Shown piece after piece: positions 47,037 to 57,325 of a stretch of DNA of 64,000 nucleotides; within the stretch, counting starts at the first letter, position 1; each line of letters begins with the position of its first letter. The notes under the pieces are model-generated. The model was not told the origin of the DNA and did not search any database. It worked only from the letters and a program-made list of their open reading frames with translations. Source of the stretch: a virus. Its lineage: Duplodnaviria > Caudoviricetes. The stretch is from the IMG/VR virus record IMGVR_UViG_3300033066_001054. One strand, written 5' to 3'. The position numbers and the translations under genes were made by a program.

Positions 47037-47809
47037 TGTCTAACATTGGTATAGCTATATCAACCAGAAATCGCCAGGCGCATTTGAAGATGTGCCTGGC
47101 GCATTTTATAGCGTATTTCCCAACCGAACATACAGTTGACATCTTGGTGTGTGATGACAACAGTGCGACTGATTGTGCAACAGAAAACAAATTAACATGT
47201 GAACATTGGGGCATAAACTATCACTACCATCAAACAAGAATTGGCGTTGCCGCCAACAAAAACTTTGGCTTATCAATGATGTCAAATAACGATGTTGTCT
47301 TCCTGTTTGATGACGACAGTTTTCCTAATGAGGCATTCTGGGTTGAGTCCTATATTCATACCATGAACCACAACAATGTGCATCACCTGACTTATACTCC
47401 TTGGTTTCCGGACCAAAGGTCGGAACGAGCCGGAATGTACATTAGCGAGTGGGGTATGGGGTGCTGTATGTTTTTCAGCAAGCAACTTCTGGAGAAGATT
47501 GGTGGATTTGACGAAAAGTACCATATGTTTGGTTTTGAGCATCTGTCTTATGGAAGAAGGGCGTTTTTGTCTGGCATGAACCAGGATTACGGTGCATACT
47601 TAACCCCAATTGCCGCCATTGGGAAAATCTTCACGCTTGATTACGAATACAAAAGTCTCAAACAACAACCCTCGATTGGCATTATTGATTTTGAACATGT
47701 GCGAACATCTCATGCTGACACACCAGGCGACATCGTGAGCATAAATCGCAAGTTGTTTGACAGCAATAACGACGACCTGTATGTAAAACTACCGCAGTAT
47801 AAACTGTAG
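47036..47809 (+). CDS. GT2-like glycosyltransferase
   Basis: IAISTRNR, CDDNS, GVAANKN, FLFDDD, IGGFDE..FGFEH. Confidence 0.85.
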   Translation: MSNIGIAISTRNRQAHLKMCLAHFIAYFPTEHTVDILVCDDNSATDCATENKLTCEHWGINYHYHQTRIGVAANKNFGLSMMSNNDVVFLFDDDSFPNEAFWVESYIHTMNHNNVHHLTYTPWFPDQRSERAGMYISEWGMGCCMFFSKQLLEKIGGFDEKYHMFGFEHLSYGRRAFLSGMNQDYGAYLTPIAAIGKIFTLDYEYKSLKQQPSIGIIDFEHVRTSHADTPGDIVSINRKLFDSNNDDLYVKLPQYKL

Positions 47810-47810
47810 T

Positions 47811-48662
47811 ATGTATCGTGGCAAGCGCATAGTTGTAGTTACACCTGCTGGTCGAAGACGGTACCTCAATGTGCTTATGCCGTATGTATTGCGTGAGAAG
47901 GCAATCATTGACAAATACAGATTTTGGGTCAATACCAACAACGCAGAAGACATTAAGTACATCAAACAACAAGTCGACTCAGACCCTGATTTTTTTGAAG
48001 CAGAATACCTTGATGACCCTAAGCCTGATTGGAAAGGTAACCGAAGGGTCAGGCTAATATGCCAATTCTTCAAAAACTGCACAGAACCTGACACAGTGTA
48101 TGTTAGACTCGATGATGATATTTGTTGGATGATGCCTGGGGCCTTAAAGGCGTTAATTGATTACAGAATTGACAATCCAGAATACTTTCTGGTGTATCCG
48201 GGTATTTTCAACAATGGATACACGGCCGAAATACACTCCGCTCTTGGGCTCGTCAAATTCCCATCAAAATCGTTTAGGAAATGGCAACGTGAATCAAAGT
48301 GGGGCATTTTGCATCACGAAAAACTTCTTGAGTCAATAGAGAATAACGACGCTCACAAGTGGTTATTTGAAAGTGTGGTTATCAAAGACTATGCTCAGGC
48401 ACCCATCAATTGCATCAGTTGGATTGGCGAGGAATTCGCAAAATTTGGAGGCGTGGTCGCAGATGAGAATTGTGACTATCTAGAAGAAGTTTGGTTGACC
48501 AAAATAAAACCAGGTCAAATTCACAAACACAATTGCATGTATGGGGGTAGCCTAATGGCACATTTCGCATTCAACACACAGCGCGAATACTTCGAAACAC
48601 ACACCAATTTACTCGAGAGCTATGAAGTACTTTCGCTATACGATGGTGCTATGGAATTCTAG
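47811..48662 (+). CDS. Putative GT-A glycosyltransferase
   Basis: VTPAGRRRYL start, YVRLDDDI DxD motif, terminal HFAF; lies within the GT cluster. Confidence 0.6.
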   Translation: MYRGKRIVVVTPAGRRRYLNVLMPYVLREKAIIDKYRFWVNTNNAEDIKYIKQQVDSDPDFFEAEYLDDPKPDWKGNRRVRLICQFFKNCTEPDTVYVRLDDDICWMMPGALKALIDYRIDNPEYFLVYPGIFNNGYTAEIHSALGLVKFPSKSFRKWQRESKWGILHHEKLLESIENNDAHKWLFESVVIKDYAQAPINCISWIGEEFAKFGGVVADENCDYLEEVWLTKIKPGQIHKHNCMYGGSLMAHFAFNTQREYFETHTNLLESYEVLSLYDGAMEF

Positions 48663-48928
48663 TCTATATCCACTGGCGGAGTGCCCAGCGGTGTTAAATC
48701 TACACATTCATCTAGTACATCGAATTGTATACCTTCGAGTTGAGGTGCAAGATTCTCTAACATCAATGCCTGGGCCACTTTGTCGTTAGCATATTGCTTG
48801 ATAACCTGAAGTGTGAATAGCATCAATGACTTGTGTTCAATTGTGTCGGATTCCTCGAGTTTTTTAAGCGCAATGGTAAGAGAATGCGCTTGCATTCTTA
48901 GTGCGGCGGCGACTTGCCGTGCTGTCAT
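48659..48928 (-). CDS. Small hypothetical protein
   Basis: 89 aa, ATGA-coupled; last gene of the minus-strand operon. Confidence 0.6.
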   Translation of the reverse strand: MTARQVAAALRMQAHSLTIALKKLEESDTIEHKSLMLFTLQVIKQYANDKVAQALMLENLAPQLEGIQFDVLDECVDLTPLGTPPVDID

Positions 48929-49653
48929 CTGCGATTCATCCTTCCAAGTAACGCTCTCAGCCTTGGGTCTGATGCCGGTGAGTTTTCTGAATCATCTGAT
49001 TGTGTTGGCATGGATGATTCAGGTTCACTATATGCCATCCAGACAATCTGATACCTTTCATAATCAGACATTTTTACCGACCGCCATTCTGTAGCATTAA
49101 ACACAAACACGCGCTTGATGATTCCATCAACATCCAATATGACTGGATGCACTGGGTGTCCAAGCTCTCCAGAGAAGAATGATTTGGCAGAGGCGTATAG
49201 TGCTTGCGCTTCTCCAAACTGTACGAAGAACACTTTAGAAGCGTGCTCCCAGAGTTGAACCACGAAATCATATGAGAGTTGAGAGATATCTGGTTTGTGG
49301 ACAGTTTTCGTTCCTATTTCTGCAATCCATATAAGTGACTTTTTAAGAAGTTCTCTGCGCTCGTATTCGCCGGCGAAATACTCTCTGCCGTCTTGTGATT
49401 TTCTGAATGCATACATTTCAATTGCCGCAGCCTCGCGCCAAGTCGGTTCTCTCAAGCAACATAAATAGGTTTCACCCTCAAACTGAATACGCAACAAGAA
49501 CTCATCTTCCTGCACACTAGGTGCCCAGGTTTCTAATTCTGCAGTAGTCACAGTAACAGTCTCACTTGCTATTTGTGCTGGGCGATTTTGACGCGCTTCG
49601 TTTAACAATTCGCGCATCTTTTTTGCAGTTTCGAGTTGATTGTCTTCTATCAT
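48925..49653 (-). CDS. Hypothetical protein, possible tail assembly chaperone
   Basis: LREPTWRE segment and position after a tube-like gene. Confidence 0.5.
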   Translation of the reverse strand: MIEDNQLETAKKMRELLNEARQNRPAQIASETVTVTTAELETWAPSVQEDEFLLRIQFEGETYLCCLREPTWREAAAIEMYAFRKSQDGREYFAGEYERRELLKKSLIWIAEIGTKTVHKPDISQLSYDFVVQLWEHASKVFFVQFGEAQALYASAKSFFSGELGHPVHPVILDVDGIIKRVFVFNATEWRSVKMSDYERYQIVWMAYSEPESSMPTQSDDSENSPASDPRLRALLGRMNRR

Positions 49654-49655
49654 GA

Positions 49656-50852
49656 TTATTCTGTGGTTGCGTAAAACTCTGATGTTGGATATCCAGATGT
49701 AGCTGCTGTGAATCCCTTTGTGACTGCATAGTCACAAGACCGGGCGACAAATGAATATGTCACATCATATGTTTTTCCAGGGTTTAGGGAAGTAGTTGGC
49801 TTGTTCCAATCAACATTCTGCATTGGAAACAGGAACGGGCCACCAAAGTACATAGTGACCGAACCAGACGAACCTTGTGTCATGCCTTCGAACAATGCCT
49901 CTCTGTCGCGGCCAGTGAAAGTGATTTCTCCCCTTACAACTCTATTTGATACTGAAACAAATCTTGGACCATGTTGGTCACTCCTGCCCCTGGATGGGCA
50001 CGTATATTCGAATTTGACACTTTGTTGCACACTAAGACTCATACCAACCAATGCTTCATAATCCCAGTATCGCGAGTTTGACATTGACAATGCAAGGTCT
50101 GCTGATGTCAACTGTAGTGTTGTGTCAAACCCACAATCCATTATGTTCGCCGTGCGATATTCATTGGCATACCCTCGTGTTTCTATATCTCCGTCCCAGA
50201 ACGCATTTGGTGGCATCAACGGCGAGCGCACTACTTTTCCACCTTTCCAATCAACACTGACTTGCACCGGAGATAACGAACCGGAACCAGATACACTGAA
50301 TGATGCAGATGACATGAATACAGGACCGTAGGCCCGCGAAGCTGGCGTAGTGGTTCCCACAAACATCGGCATGCCTGGGTAGATTATTGATTGCCTCAGT
50401 GCCACTTCTCCAAGGTAATTCAATGACAAATACGGGAACAGTACATCCCCGCTTGCCAATGGTATCAACGGAGATGTTTGCATCTTAGAGTCAAACACGT
50501 GTCCTGCCGCAAGACCATGCGTGAATGGAGCAACTGCAAAATGCGTTTCTAGTGGTTCAAACACTCTTGAACCTGCGTCATCAGAATACGACCCAACCAA
50601 GAGTGGTCGCCAGTATGGTGATGTTGATGATAGAGTGTTAAATCCAGACCCGTTTCTCTCAAGTGGTAATCCGCTTGCCAATCTGTGCATATCCCATGTG
50701 TACGTGTCTTTGATGGGTTCAAGTCCGTTTTTGCGGTTGCACATTCCAATACGAGTTTGACTCTCGTCTAACCATATGCCAGGGTTGTAGTCAGTCATAG
50801 ACATTAAGTACACAGACTGTTGTCCGCTTGAGATTAACGGCGGTGTTCTCAT
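49656..50852 (-). CDS. Tail-tube-like protein 2
   Basis: Beta-rich; GMSLSVQQSV...NRVVRGEITF parallels 53532-54893. Confidence 0.45.
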   Translation of the reverse strand: MRTPPLISSGQQSVYLMSMTDYNPGIWLDESQTRIGMCNRKNGLEPIKDTYTWDMHRLASGLPLERNGSGFNTLSSTSPYWRPLLVGSYSDDAGSRVFEPLETHFAVAPFTHGLAAGHVFDSKMQTSPLIPLASGDVLFPYLSLNYLGEVALRQSIIYPGMPMFVGTTTPASRAYGPVFMSSASFSVSGSGSLSPVQVSVDWKGGKVVRSPLMPPNAFWDGDIETRGYANEYRTANIMDCGFDTTLQLTSADLALSMSNSRYWDYEALVGMSLSVQQSVKFEYTCPSRGRSDQHGPRFVSVSNRVVRGEITFTGRDREALFEGMTQGSSGSVTMYFGGPFLFPMQNVDWNKPTTSLNPGKTYDVTYSFVARSCDYAVTKGFTAATSGYPTSEFYATTE

Positions 50853-51238
50853 CTATTTCTCCGACCAGTTTTCTTTAACCATTCTCGAGCGATTGCCCTT
50901 GGGATTTCGTCATGCATTTGGCCAACAACCTCTGGCGTAATTGGGATTTGTTTTTCTGTCTTCTCGTCTTTTAGATTCCACGCCTTGACAAAATTACAAA
51001 CGATGCCACGGTATAGGTTCCTGGTTCGAACCATCGCATTTCCAGTAATGTGATTGATAATAGTCGAGTCCTCGAGAACGCGGGACATTGTGTCGAAATC
51101 GCGGCCTTTGCAAGCACAGATGATTTCATCACATTCTTCATCAGACCCAGCACCAAGAAACTCAATTCCTCCGTCTGGAATCATGCGAAACTTAAAGCGT
51201 ATTTCGATTGCTGGATTTTGGTCAACAAACAAACTCAT
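50849..51238 (-). CDS. Probable tail assembly chaperone
   Basis: VKAWNLKDE...IPITPEVVGQM resembles the chaperone WNLxD pattern; start ATG 51238 avoids overlap with the divergent gene. Confidence 0.5.
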   Translation of the reverse strand: MSLFVDQNPAIEIRFKFRMIPDGGIEFLGAGSDEECDEIICACKGRDFDTMSRVLEDSTIINHITGNAMVRTRNLYRGIVCNFVKAWNLKDEKTEKQIPITPEVVGQMHDEIPRAIAREWLKKTGRRNR

Positions 51239-51263
51239 TCTATTCAACTTGTACAATGCTGAT

Positions 51264-52061
51264 GTGAGCAGGAAAGTCGTCATATCTACCGGTTTTGACC
51301 GTGCCTATTTCCCGAAGACCAGAGATTACATAGATTCTGTGGCCGAACACGGAGAATTTGACGACTATGTTGCCCTGTGCCTGAACTTTCTTCCAAATGA
51401 ATCTGAGGTTTGTGAGCCATGGAGATATGTCTACACAAATGAACACCAGGTCATAGCCCCACACTCCAATAGATGCATGCAGCACGGTGCGTTCATTAGT
51501 TTCTTGAATTTAGACCATGATGATGTGGTTTTGTTTACTGACTCAGATATGCGAATGCAAAGGCGAATGTGGCCTGAAGAAATGGACATATTGAGAAAGC
51601 TAAAACACGGAGAAGTGTTTGTTGGAGAAAACAAAGACGCCAATGAAACCCTGTATGAAGAGGCAAAGTATTTGAGACCGTTCGTCCCGGTGGAAAGTCT
51701 TACAGATGTGTTCAAAGATACCAATATCAAAACATCGAAATGCTACAACACCGGCGTAATGGCTGCTACGGTTTCTACATTCTCTGTGATACTCGAGGAA
51801 TACGCTAGAAATATTGGGAGCACTGATTACATATTCGAGCATTACGCAAGGCAGCAATGGTTGATATCTTACATCATTGCATATCGCGGAGACCTGAGAG
51901 TGCGTGTGATGCCAGCTACATTTCACACGCATGGTTGTCATGGCGCAAAACCGGGCACTGCATACAATGGATTGTCATACACGTATCATGGCGTAGATGT
52001 TTTATTTGCTCACAATTTACACCCAAATATGTTTCGTCAAGAAAAATCCATTGCGTTTTGA
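51264..52061 (+). CDS. Putative GT-A glycosyltransferase
   Basis: FTDSDM DxD, YNTGVM and QQWLIS motifs; GTG 51264 lies 6 nt after TACAAT. Confidence 0.7.
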   Translation: MSRKVVISTGFDRAYFPKTRDYIDSVAEHGEFDDYVALCLNFLPNESEVCEPWRYVYTNEHQVIAPHSNRCMQHGAFISFLNLDHDDVVLFTDSDMRMQRRMWPEEMDILRKLKHGEVFVGENKDANETLYEEAKYLRPFVPVESLTDVFKDTNIKTSKCYNTGVMAATVSTFSVILEEYARNIGSTDYIFEHYARQQWLISYIIAYRGDLRVRVMPATFHTHGCHGAKPGTAYNGLSYTYHGVDVLFAHNLHPNMFRQEKSIAF

Positions 52062-52858
52062 CCAGTAATTGGAACGTGTAGCTGACGTTCTCGTCTAGAG
52101 ACCTCTTCGTTGATAATCCCATTGACCTTGCGTGCATGAATTCGATATGCTTCCCAGGGTTCTTCCACCAAGCTACTCTGAAACTCATGTGGTAAACTTT
52201 TCAGTGGTGGTGGGACTCTTCCCATTTGCCAATCAAGGTCGAAGGCGTAAATATAGTTGCTTGCGCCGACAGGCACGCAGGAGCGGCCTAGTTTGTTGGT
52301 CAGAATGGCTTCCTGGGCGCGTCTAGTGTATTCTATGTGTTCGTAGCCATAAATGCCGTAACGTTCGTCAAATCCGCCTATAACGTCAAGACAATGCCTT
52401 GTCATAAACATCAGCACGCCGAGCTCAGCATTGTACTCTTCAACACCGAATGCTTTGCCAACAGGTGCATAGGGGCCAATGTGTGCGTTATAGAGCAGAT
52501 GATGGCAGCCACTGTGCTTATAGCAGTTGACATAAAGTTCGTCCCATCCAGTCTGTTTGGGAAAGCAGTCATCATCAAACAGGAAACAATAGTCACAATC
52601 ACCAAGTCGTTCCAGGCATTGATTTTTGGCTTTGGCAATACCCATTCTTTCACTAGCGTAGACATAGCTCATTGAAAACCCATGCTCTACACATGATTGC
52701 TCATTCATGTTGGCGATATCTTCGTCACTATTGTCATCAAGTACAAAAAACGAATAATCAAGTCCGGGTTTGAACACAGCGAAATGTCTAAGACAGACCG
52801 AGAGAACCTCTGGTCTGTTTCTGGTTGTGATTGCGATACCGATTTTCTCTGAATTCAT
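52037..52858 (-). CDS. GT2-like glycosyltransferase (paralogue of 47036-47809)
   Basis: IGIAITTRNR, LDDNS, GIAKAKN, FLFDDDCFP, IGGFDERYGIYGYEH. Confidence 0.85.
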   Translation of the reverse strand: MNSEKIGIAITTRNRPEVLSVCLRHFAVFKPGLDYSFFVLDDNSDEDIANMNEQSCVEHGFSMSYVYASERMGIAKAKNQCLERLGDCDYCFLFDDDCFPKQTGWDELYVNCYKHSGCHHLLYNAHIGPYAPVGKAFGVEEYNAELGVLMFMTRHCLDVIGGFDERYGIYGYEHIEYTRRAQEAILTNKLGRSCVPVGASNYIYAFDLDWQMGRVPPPLKSLPHEFQSSLVEEPWEAYRIHARKVNGIINEEVSRRERQLHVPITGQNAMDFS

Positions 52859-53532
52859 TACATGCCCCACTTATCGGCAAACACTTGCCGTAATCCATAT
52901 GTTTTGTTAATTTTGTCTTTTGGGTCTAGGAGTTCATGAGACTGTGACTCAAGATGTGTTACAAGTGAAGATGTGACAAGCGCATGTTTCTTCTTGGTGC
53001 ATCTAAGGTATTGAGCCAAATCGTTATCCTGAAACCAAAAACTGAACGCCTCATCAAGTGGCATGATATGCTTCAATGTGTCTTGTTTCATAACCAGACA
53101 CCATCCGCAAAAATGGATACCAGATTCAAAACCGGGCAATATTCCATTATCATAAGGTCTGTGTGCTTCCCATATTGGGCATTTTGGAGACGCGGAATCT
53201 AGATTGTGCTCTTTCATCTTGTCGACAATCTCAGAAAACCAGCCATTATGACATAAAATATCATTGTTCATAATGATGACATATTCGCTTGTGCATTCTG
53301 GCAAAGCCATGTTCAGATACTGGTTGTAATTGAACGGCAAATTTGGTTGAATTACACGATGCACAATATCATTGTATGTCATACCACCAAGTTCTGGTGC
53401 AGTTTCAACTAAATGCACCCTAAAACCCCAATCGTTTTCCGAAGAATGCAACGATTCTATGCAGTGGCGCGTCATTGCATAGAATCGTTCGTTTTTCGTA
53501 TAGCTCAGAATAACAACATCGACTATTTTCAT
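52858..53532 (-). CDS. GT2-like glycosyltransferase
   Basis: DVVILSY, FNYNQYLN, MNNDI, LDEAFSFWFQDND, HLESQS. Confidence 0.85.
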   Translation of the reverse strand: MKIVDVVILSYTKNERFYAMTRHCIESLHSSENDWGFRVHLVETAPELGGMTYNDIVHRVIQPNLPFNYNQYLNMALPECTSEYVIIMNNDILCHNGWFSEIVDKMKEHNLDSASPKCPIWEAHRPYDNGILPGFESGIHFCGWCLVMKQDTLKHIMPLDEAFSFWFQDNDLAQYLRCTKKKHALVTSSLVTHLESQSHELLDPKDKINKTYGLRQVFADKWGM

Positions 53533-54893
53533 CAGCTTGTAATGTATGTCATGGCTGGAAGGTCTTCATACACATCAGTGACCATAGTCCACTGAACCTG
53601 TCTGGTTTGCGCTTCTTTAGACTGACCCGTGCCACTCGAGGGAGCCCAAACCACATGAGGCACCTCAAGTCTGAAAGTGTCTGCTGAAATCCTTAGCCCA
53701 TTTTGTCCAATTCCATTTGGCCCTGATAATCGCTCAGCAAGTGCCCATGGTTCTATTGGTGCTTTGTATGTAATCGTTCCATTCACTATGCGACTTTCTA
53801 CGGCAAGTGCAAACGGAAATGCGTTTAGCATCTCTCGAGTTGCCGAATTGTCGTATTCTGCTCGCTCAGGTTCGATTCCAACTGCATGCATAGAATGTAT
53901 TGGTATGATATTATGTTCGATTTTGAATGTGAATTCTTGTATACTGGTTGGCAACAGGTTAATTCCAGAAAATCCTCTAAACAGCGGGCTGTCAACAACG
54001 CCATCCATACCAAAAGACCATGAGTCAGAAGCAATTGACTCAATCACTACAGCAGTGTGACCAACCATACGTGCAGGTGGTTGAGCGGCGTAGGCCGCAA
54101 CAATTGCCGCTGATTCATTTCGAATTGCCATTTGATGATATCTGTCAAGTCTGTATGCATTGATTTCGGATGAAACCTTGATTGGCTGGCCTGGCTTAAA
54201 AGAAAGCTCTATGCTTTTTACAAGACATCCTGTCAGCAATCCCTCTCGTAGTGAGACAAGAGAGAAGGCCCGTTCGTGAAATATATCAGTTGCAGCGCGA
54301 AGTGGCGCAAATATCTGTGTCTCAGATGTCGTAGTCCTTCCAATTGCTCCAGAAAACGTGAATTTACCAAGGCGTTTGTTGACGCTTGTTACAGTTGCTG
54401 AACTCGTAATCCCATTGTCAATAATACTAACAGTGAATGGTGTTGACAATCTAACAAAATCAGCAGCGTTATCTACTAACAACTCAGTTGCAGAGGGTGC
54501 CATGGTTTGACGACATCTGGTTAATGCAACGGTTGGAGTGCCCGCATACGAAAGCCTGGTCATGTGATACAAGTCCGCAAAAGCCGGGTCGACCCATCCC
54601 TGAATTGGACTTTGTAGTGGCATATCGAGTGTCGCAGAAATGGTCAGCGGCGGCACCATAAAGTTGCTTGGGTCTACTGATTCTCCAGCGGACTTCTCGG
54701 TGACCTTTGGTGCCTGGTCTACGTTTAATCGAAACGAACTGGCTGCGAGAATGGTGCGCGGTACGACCTCATCTACTATGTCAATTGCATATAGCGGTTC
54801 GCTTGGTTCGTTGCGCACAATAGCCAAGAGGTCTACAAACCCCTCGTGAAACCCAAGCATTCCGAGACTACTATAGATTGATTGAACAGACAT
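53532..54893 (-). CDS. Tail-tube-like protein 1
   Basis: GCLVKSIELSF...EFTFKIEHNI...RIVNGTITY pattern typical of tube-type proteins; TAATG coupling at 54893. Confidence 0.5.
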   Translation of the reverse strand: MSVQSIYSSLGMLGFHEGFVDLLAIVRNEPSEPLYAIDIVDEVVPRTILAASSFRLNVDQAPKVTEKSAGESVDPSNFMVPPLTISATLDMPLQSPIQGWVDPAFADLYHMTRLSYAGTPTVALTRCRQTMAPSATELLVDNAADFVRLSTPFTVSIIDNGITSSATVTSVNKRLGKFTFSGAIGRTTTSETQIFAPLRAATDIFHERAFSLVSLREGLLTGCLVKSIELSFKPGQPIKVSSEINAYRLDRYHQMAIRNESAAIVAAYAAQPPARMVGHTAVVIESIASDSWSFGMDGVVDSPLFRGFSGINLLPTSIQEFTFKIEHNIIPIHSMHAVGIEPERAEYDNSATREMLNAFPFALAVESRIVNGTITYKAPIEPWALAERLSGPNGIGQNGLRISADTFRLEVPHVVWAPSSGTGQSKEAQTRQVQWTMVTDVYEDLPAMTYITS

Positions 54894-57325
54894 TACGGCA
54901 CCGTTTCTACTGTGACAAAATCGTATAAACTCCAAGCAATACGATAATTTGCATCCATGCTTAGGTCAGTGCCAGGTGTAATGAGAACCTCGTCAACTCT
55001 GTCAAATAAATCTGATTCAGAGCCCACGAGAAACTCAGTGCCTCGAATGGTGTTTTGCGGGACTGTCACACTGAATGTTTGTGGCGTGCCCGTCGCTCCG
55101 AGTCGAGCGGTAACCGTGACAATCAATTCATTCTTCGTCGGACTGTTTTCTGGGTCTGACAAATCATACTCATCATCGCCGGCGAATGCAACAACCGGGT
55201 CTCGACCGCGAATCAATGTGTTTGCTTCTACAGGCGGAACATATACGCGTAGTCTTCGCGGTTCTAGTGCAATATCACCTGTTAGCCTGAGTCCGCGTTG
55301 TGTCACTGCTTGTCCTGCGACACCACTGTCGATATAACCGTACATTGGGTGAATGTATGCTGTTAGATTGTTGACCGTAGACCACGTCGGCGGTGTTGTG
55401 GCTGTTGCATATTTACCAGTTGCAACTGCTGACGATGCGACAAAACGAATGTTTCCGCCTGTGGGTGCCGCAGACTGTTCCATGACAAGCCAGTAGTCAT
55501 TGCCATCAGTTAGATTTGCTGAGCACTTTAGCAAAATAGTTCTTGTGGTTGCTGTCAAATCACCATATGGCACCGTGTCTGTAATTGTAGCCACGACGCT
55601 TCCTGGTACACCCGCATTGTCATTATAGATGTAAAACGTCAAGGTTTCTAATGGATTAGACAATGTGGCCGATGTTTGAACCTGGCATCTAATACCCTGG
55701 AGCAGTGTCCCAGAAGCAGTGAATTTGATAGCTTCAAATGCCGTGGACATGGTTCTGGTGGTGTCATATGTGAGTCCTGGGAATGTGTATGAACCATAGC
55801 CTGTAACTTCGCCAACTTCAGTTAAACGATAGTCAATCTGGTCCCCAACCAAATTTGAACGACGATAGACATGGTAGAAAAGAGCATCGGTTACTTCATC
55901 GAACTCAATATGATTAACAAAATAAGACGGGCTTGAGTAACTTGCGTTTGCAGTGGCGTATGTGACCGGTGTTTCACCATTGTTGGTTACCGCACTGACT
56001 CCATAGATATACGTGCCGCGACTCATTGAGAAAGACTCACCTGTCCAATACACATCATCTGAACGATAACTGGTTCCTGTGACATTAGTCGGGGCATCGC
56101 CCACAATTCCATATGCATAATCAAACAAGTCGCCACGGAAAATAGCAAATGTGTGCTGTACGTCAACGCCTCTGATATCGTAATACGCCCGAGCAAAATT
56201 ACGAGGGAACTCAAATCTCTCGAGGCCTGCGAATGAAATACCTCGAGCGAAATAGCTAGATGGCTTAAACGAGCGAGTTGCCCAATATGTTCTGAAATCC
56301 TGGTCTGGTGCATCGGCTACCTGAGCGGTATATTCTTCCATAGCGGCCATCATGTTGGCCAAACTAGCATTGTCCCTGGCTTGCTTCAATGCAATTCTGG
56401 TTTGCTTTGCTGCTCTTGTGATAGTACTTGCATCAGCAGAGCCAAAAATTGGATTGGTTGAGTCAGGTGACGGATAAGCCTGAACAGTTCTAAGAATCAC
56501 CGGTTCGCCAGCATCTTCTGTTAGTTCTGGGTCTTCTGGCGTGCCAGCAAGCATGTCTGCGACAGGAAGCCACGTGTCTGGCAACGGTGGAAAGTAATAG
56601 AACGTTTCTGGATTTGTGCCACCATGAAGCACTGGCAAGCCATACAACACAGACAGCCTTGGTTCGTACACAAAATACACAGGTGAGCCAGAGGCAATTG
56701 ATGATGAAATGCGGCCGTATCGAAGAGGGTCGCTGACTAGTCCAACGCCATTATCATAGCTAGGGTCTACAACAAGTGCGGTGCCGGCTGTATTTACGCC
56801 AGAGAACCTGACAAACACATTGTTAACATGTGCTGATACAGGAAACCCAAGTGATTCGACCAGACTGATGTTATTGATTGGTAATTCAGTAGCGTTTGCA
56901 GACGTAGATGCAGAAGTCGTTGTGGAATAAGACTGAGTAGCACGTTCGGCTTCCGTAAGTGAAAAGCCAACCCTGATACCATATAGATACCCAGCGCCAT
57001 ATGTGTCTGCAAATACCCTTCGGATTGCAATTTTTTGTGCTGGGATTACCAGCCTTTGTCCATTATATCCGACTTCTCCAGAACTGAAATTCACAAAGTA
57101 CTTATCGTTGACACTATCATATGAACCAGTGAATCCCGCTGGTGTTGTCTCCAAAATACCAAAAGCAGGTAGTTGATTTGAGGCCAGTTGCTCGAGTTGG
57201 TACAATTCAAAAGTCGCGCTCTTTGGAGTCGTTTCATTGCCGACACCATCTTGCACTGCTACATGCATGTCGCCTATTGCTCTGACTAATTCGTAAATGT
57301 ATTCTTCAACCATATCTATGCTCAC
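54893..57325 (-). CDS. Large virion structural protein (tail/baseplate) with FN3-like and beta-sandwich modules
   Basis: TYIYGVSAVTNNGET...FYHVYRR module; YNDNAGVPG...YWLVME module. Confidence 0.6.
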   Translation of the reverse strand: MSIDMVEEYIYELVRAIGDMHVAVQDGVGNETTPKSATFELYQLEQLASNQLPAFGILETTPAGFTGSYDSVNDKYFVNFSSGEVGYNGQRLVIPAQKIAIRRVFADTYGAGYLYGIRVGFSLTEAERATQSYSTTTSASTSANATELPINNISLVESLGFPVSAHVNNVFVRFSGVNTAGTALVVDPSYDNGVGLVSDPLRYGRISSSIASGSPVYFVYEPRLSVLYGLPVLHGGTNPETFYYFPPLPDTWLPVADMLAGTPEDPELTEDAGEPVILRTVQAYPSPDSTNPIFGSADASTITRAAKQTRIALKQARDNASLANMMAAMEEYTAQVADAPDQDFRTYWATRSFKPSSYFARGISFAGLERFEFPRNFARAYYDIRGVDVQHTFAIFRGDLFDYAYGIVGDAPTNVTGTSYRSDDVYWTGESFSMSRGTYIYGVSAVTNNGETPVTYATANASYSSPSYFVNHIEFDEVTDALFYHVYRRSNLVGDQIDYRLTEVGEVTGYGSYTFPGLTYDTTRTMSTAFEAIKFTASGTLLQGIRCQVQTSATLSNPLETLTFYIYNDNAGVPGSVVATITDTVPYGDLTATTRTILLKCSANLTDGNDYWLVMEQSAAPTGGNIRFVASSAVATGKYATATTPPTWSTVNNLTAYIHPMYGYIDSGVAGQAVTQRGLRLTGDIALEPRRLRVYVPPVEANTLIRGRDPVVAFAGDDEYDLSDPENSPTKNELIVTVTARLGATGTPQTFSVTVPQNTIRGTEFLVGSESDLFDRVDEVLITPGTDLSMDANYRIAWSLYDFVTVETVP

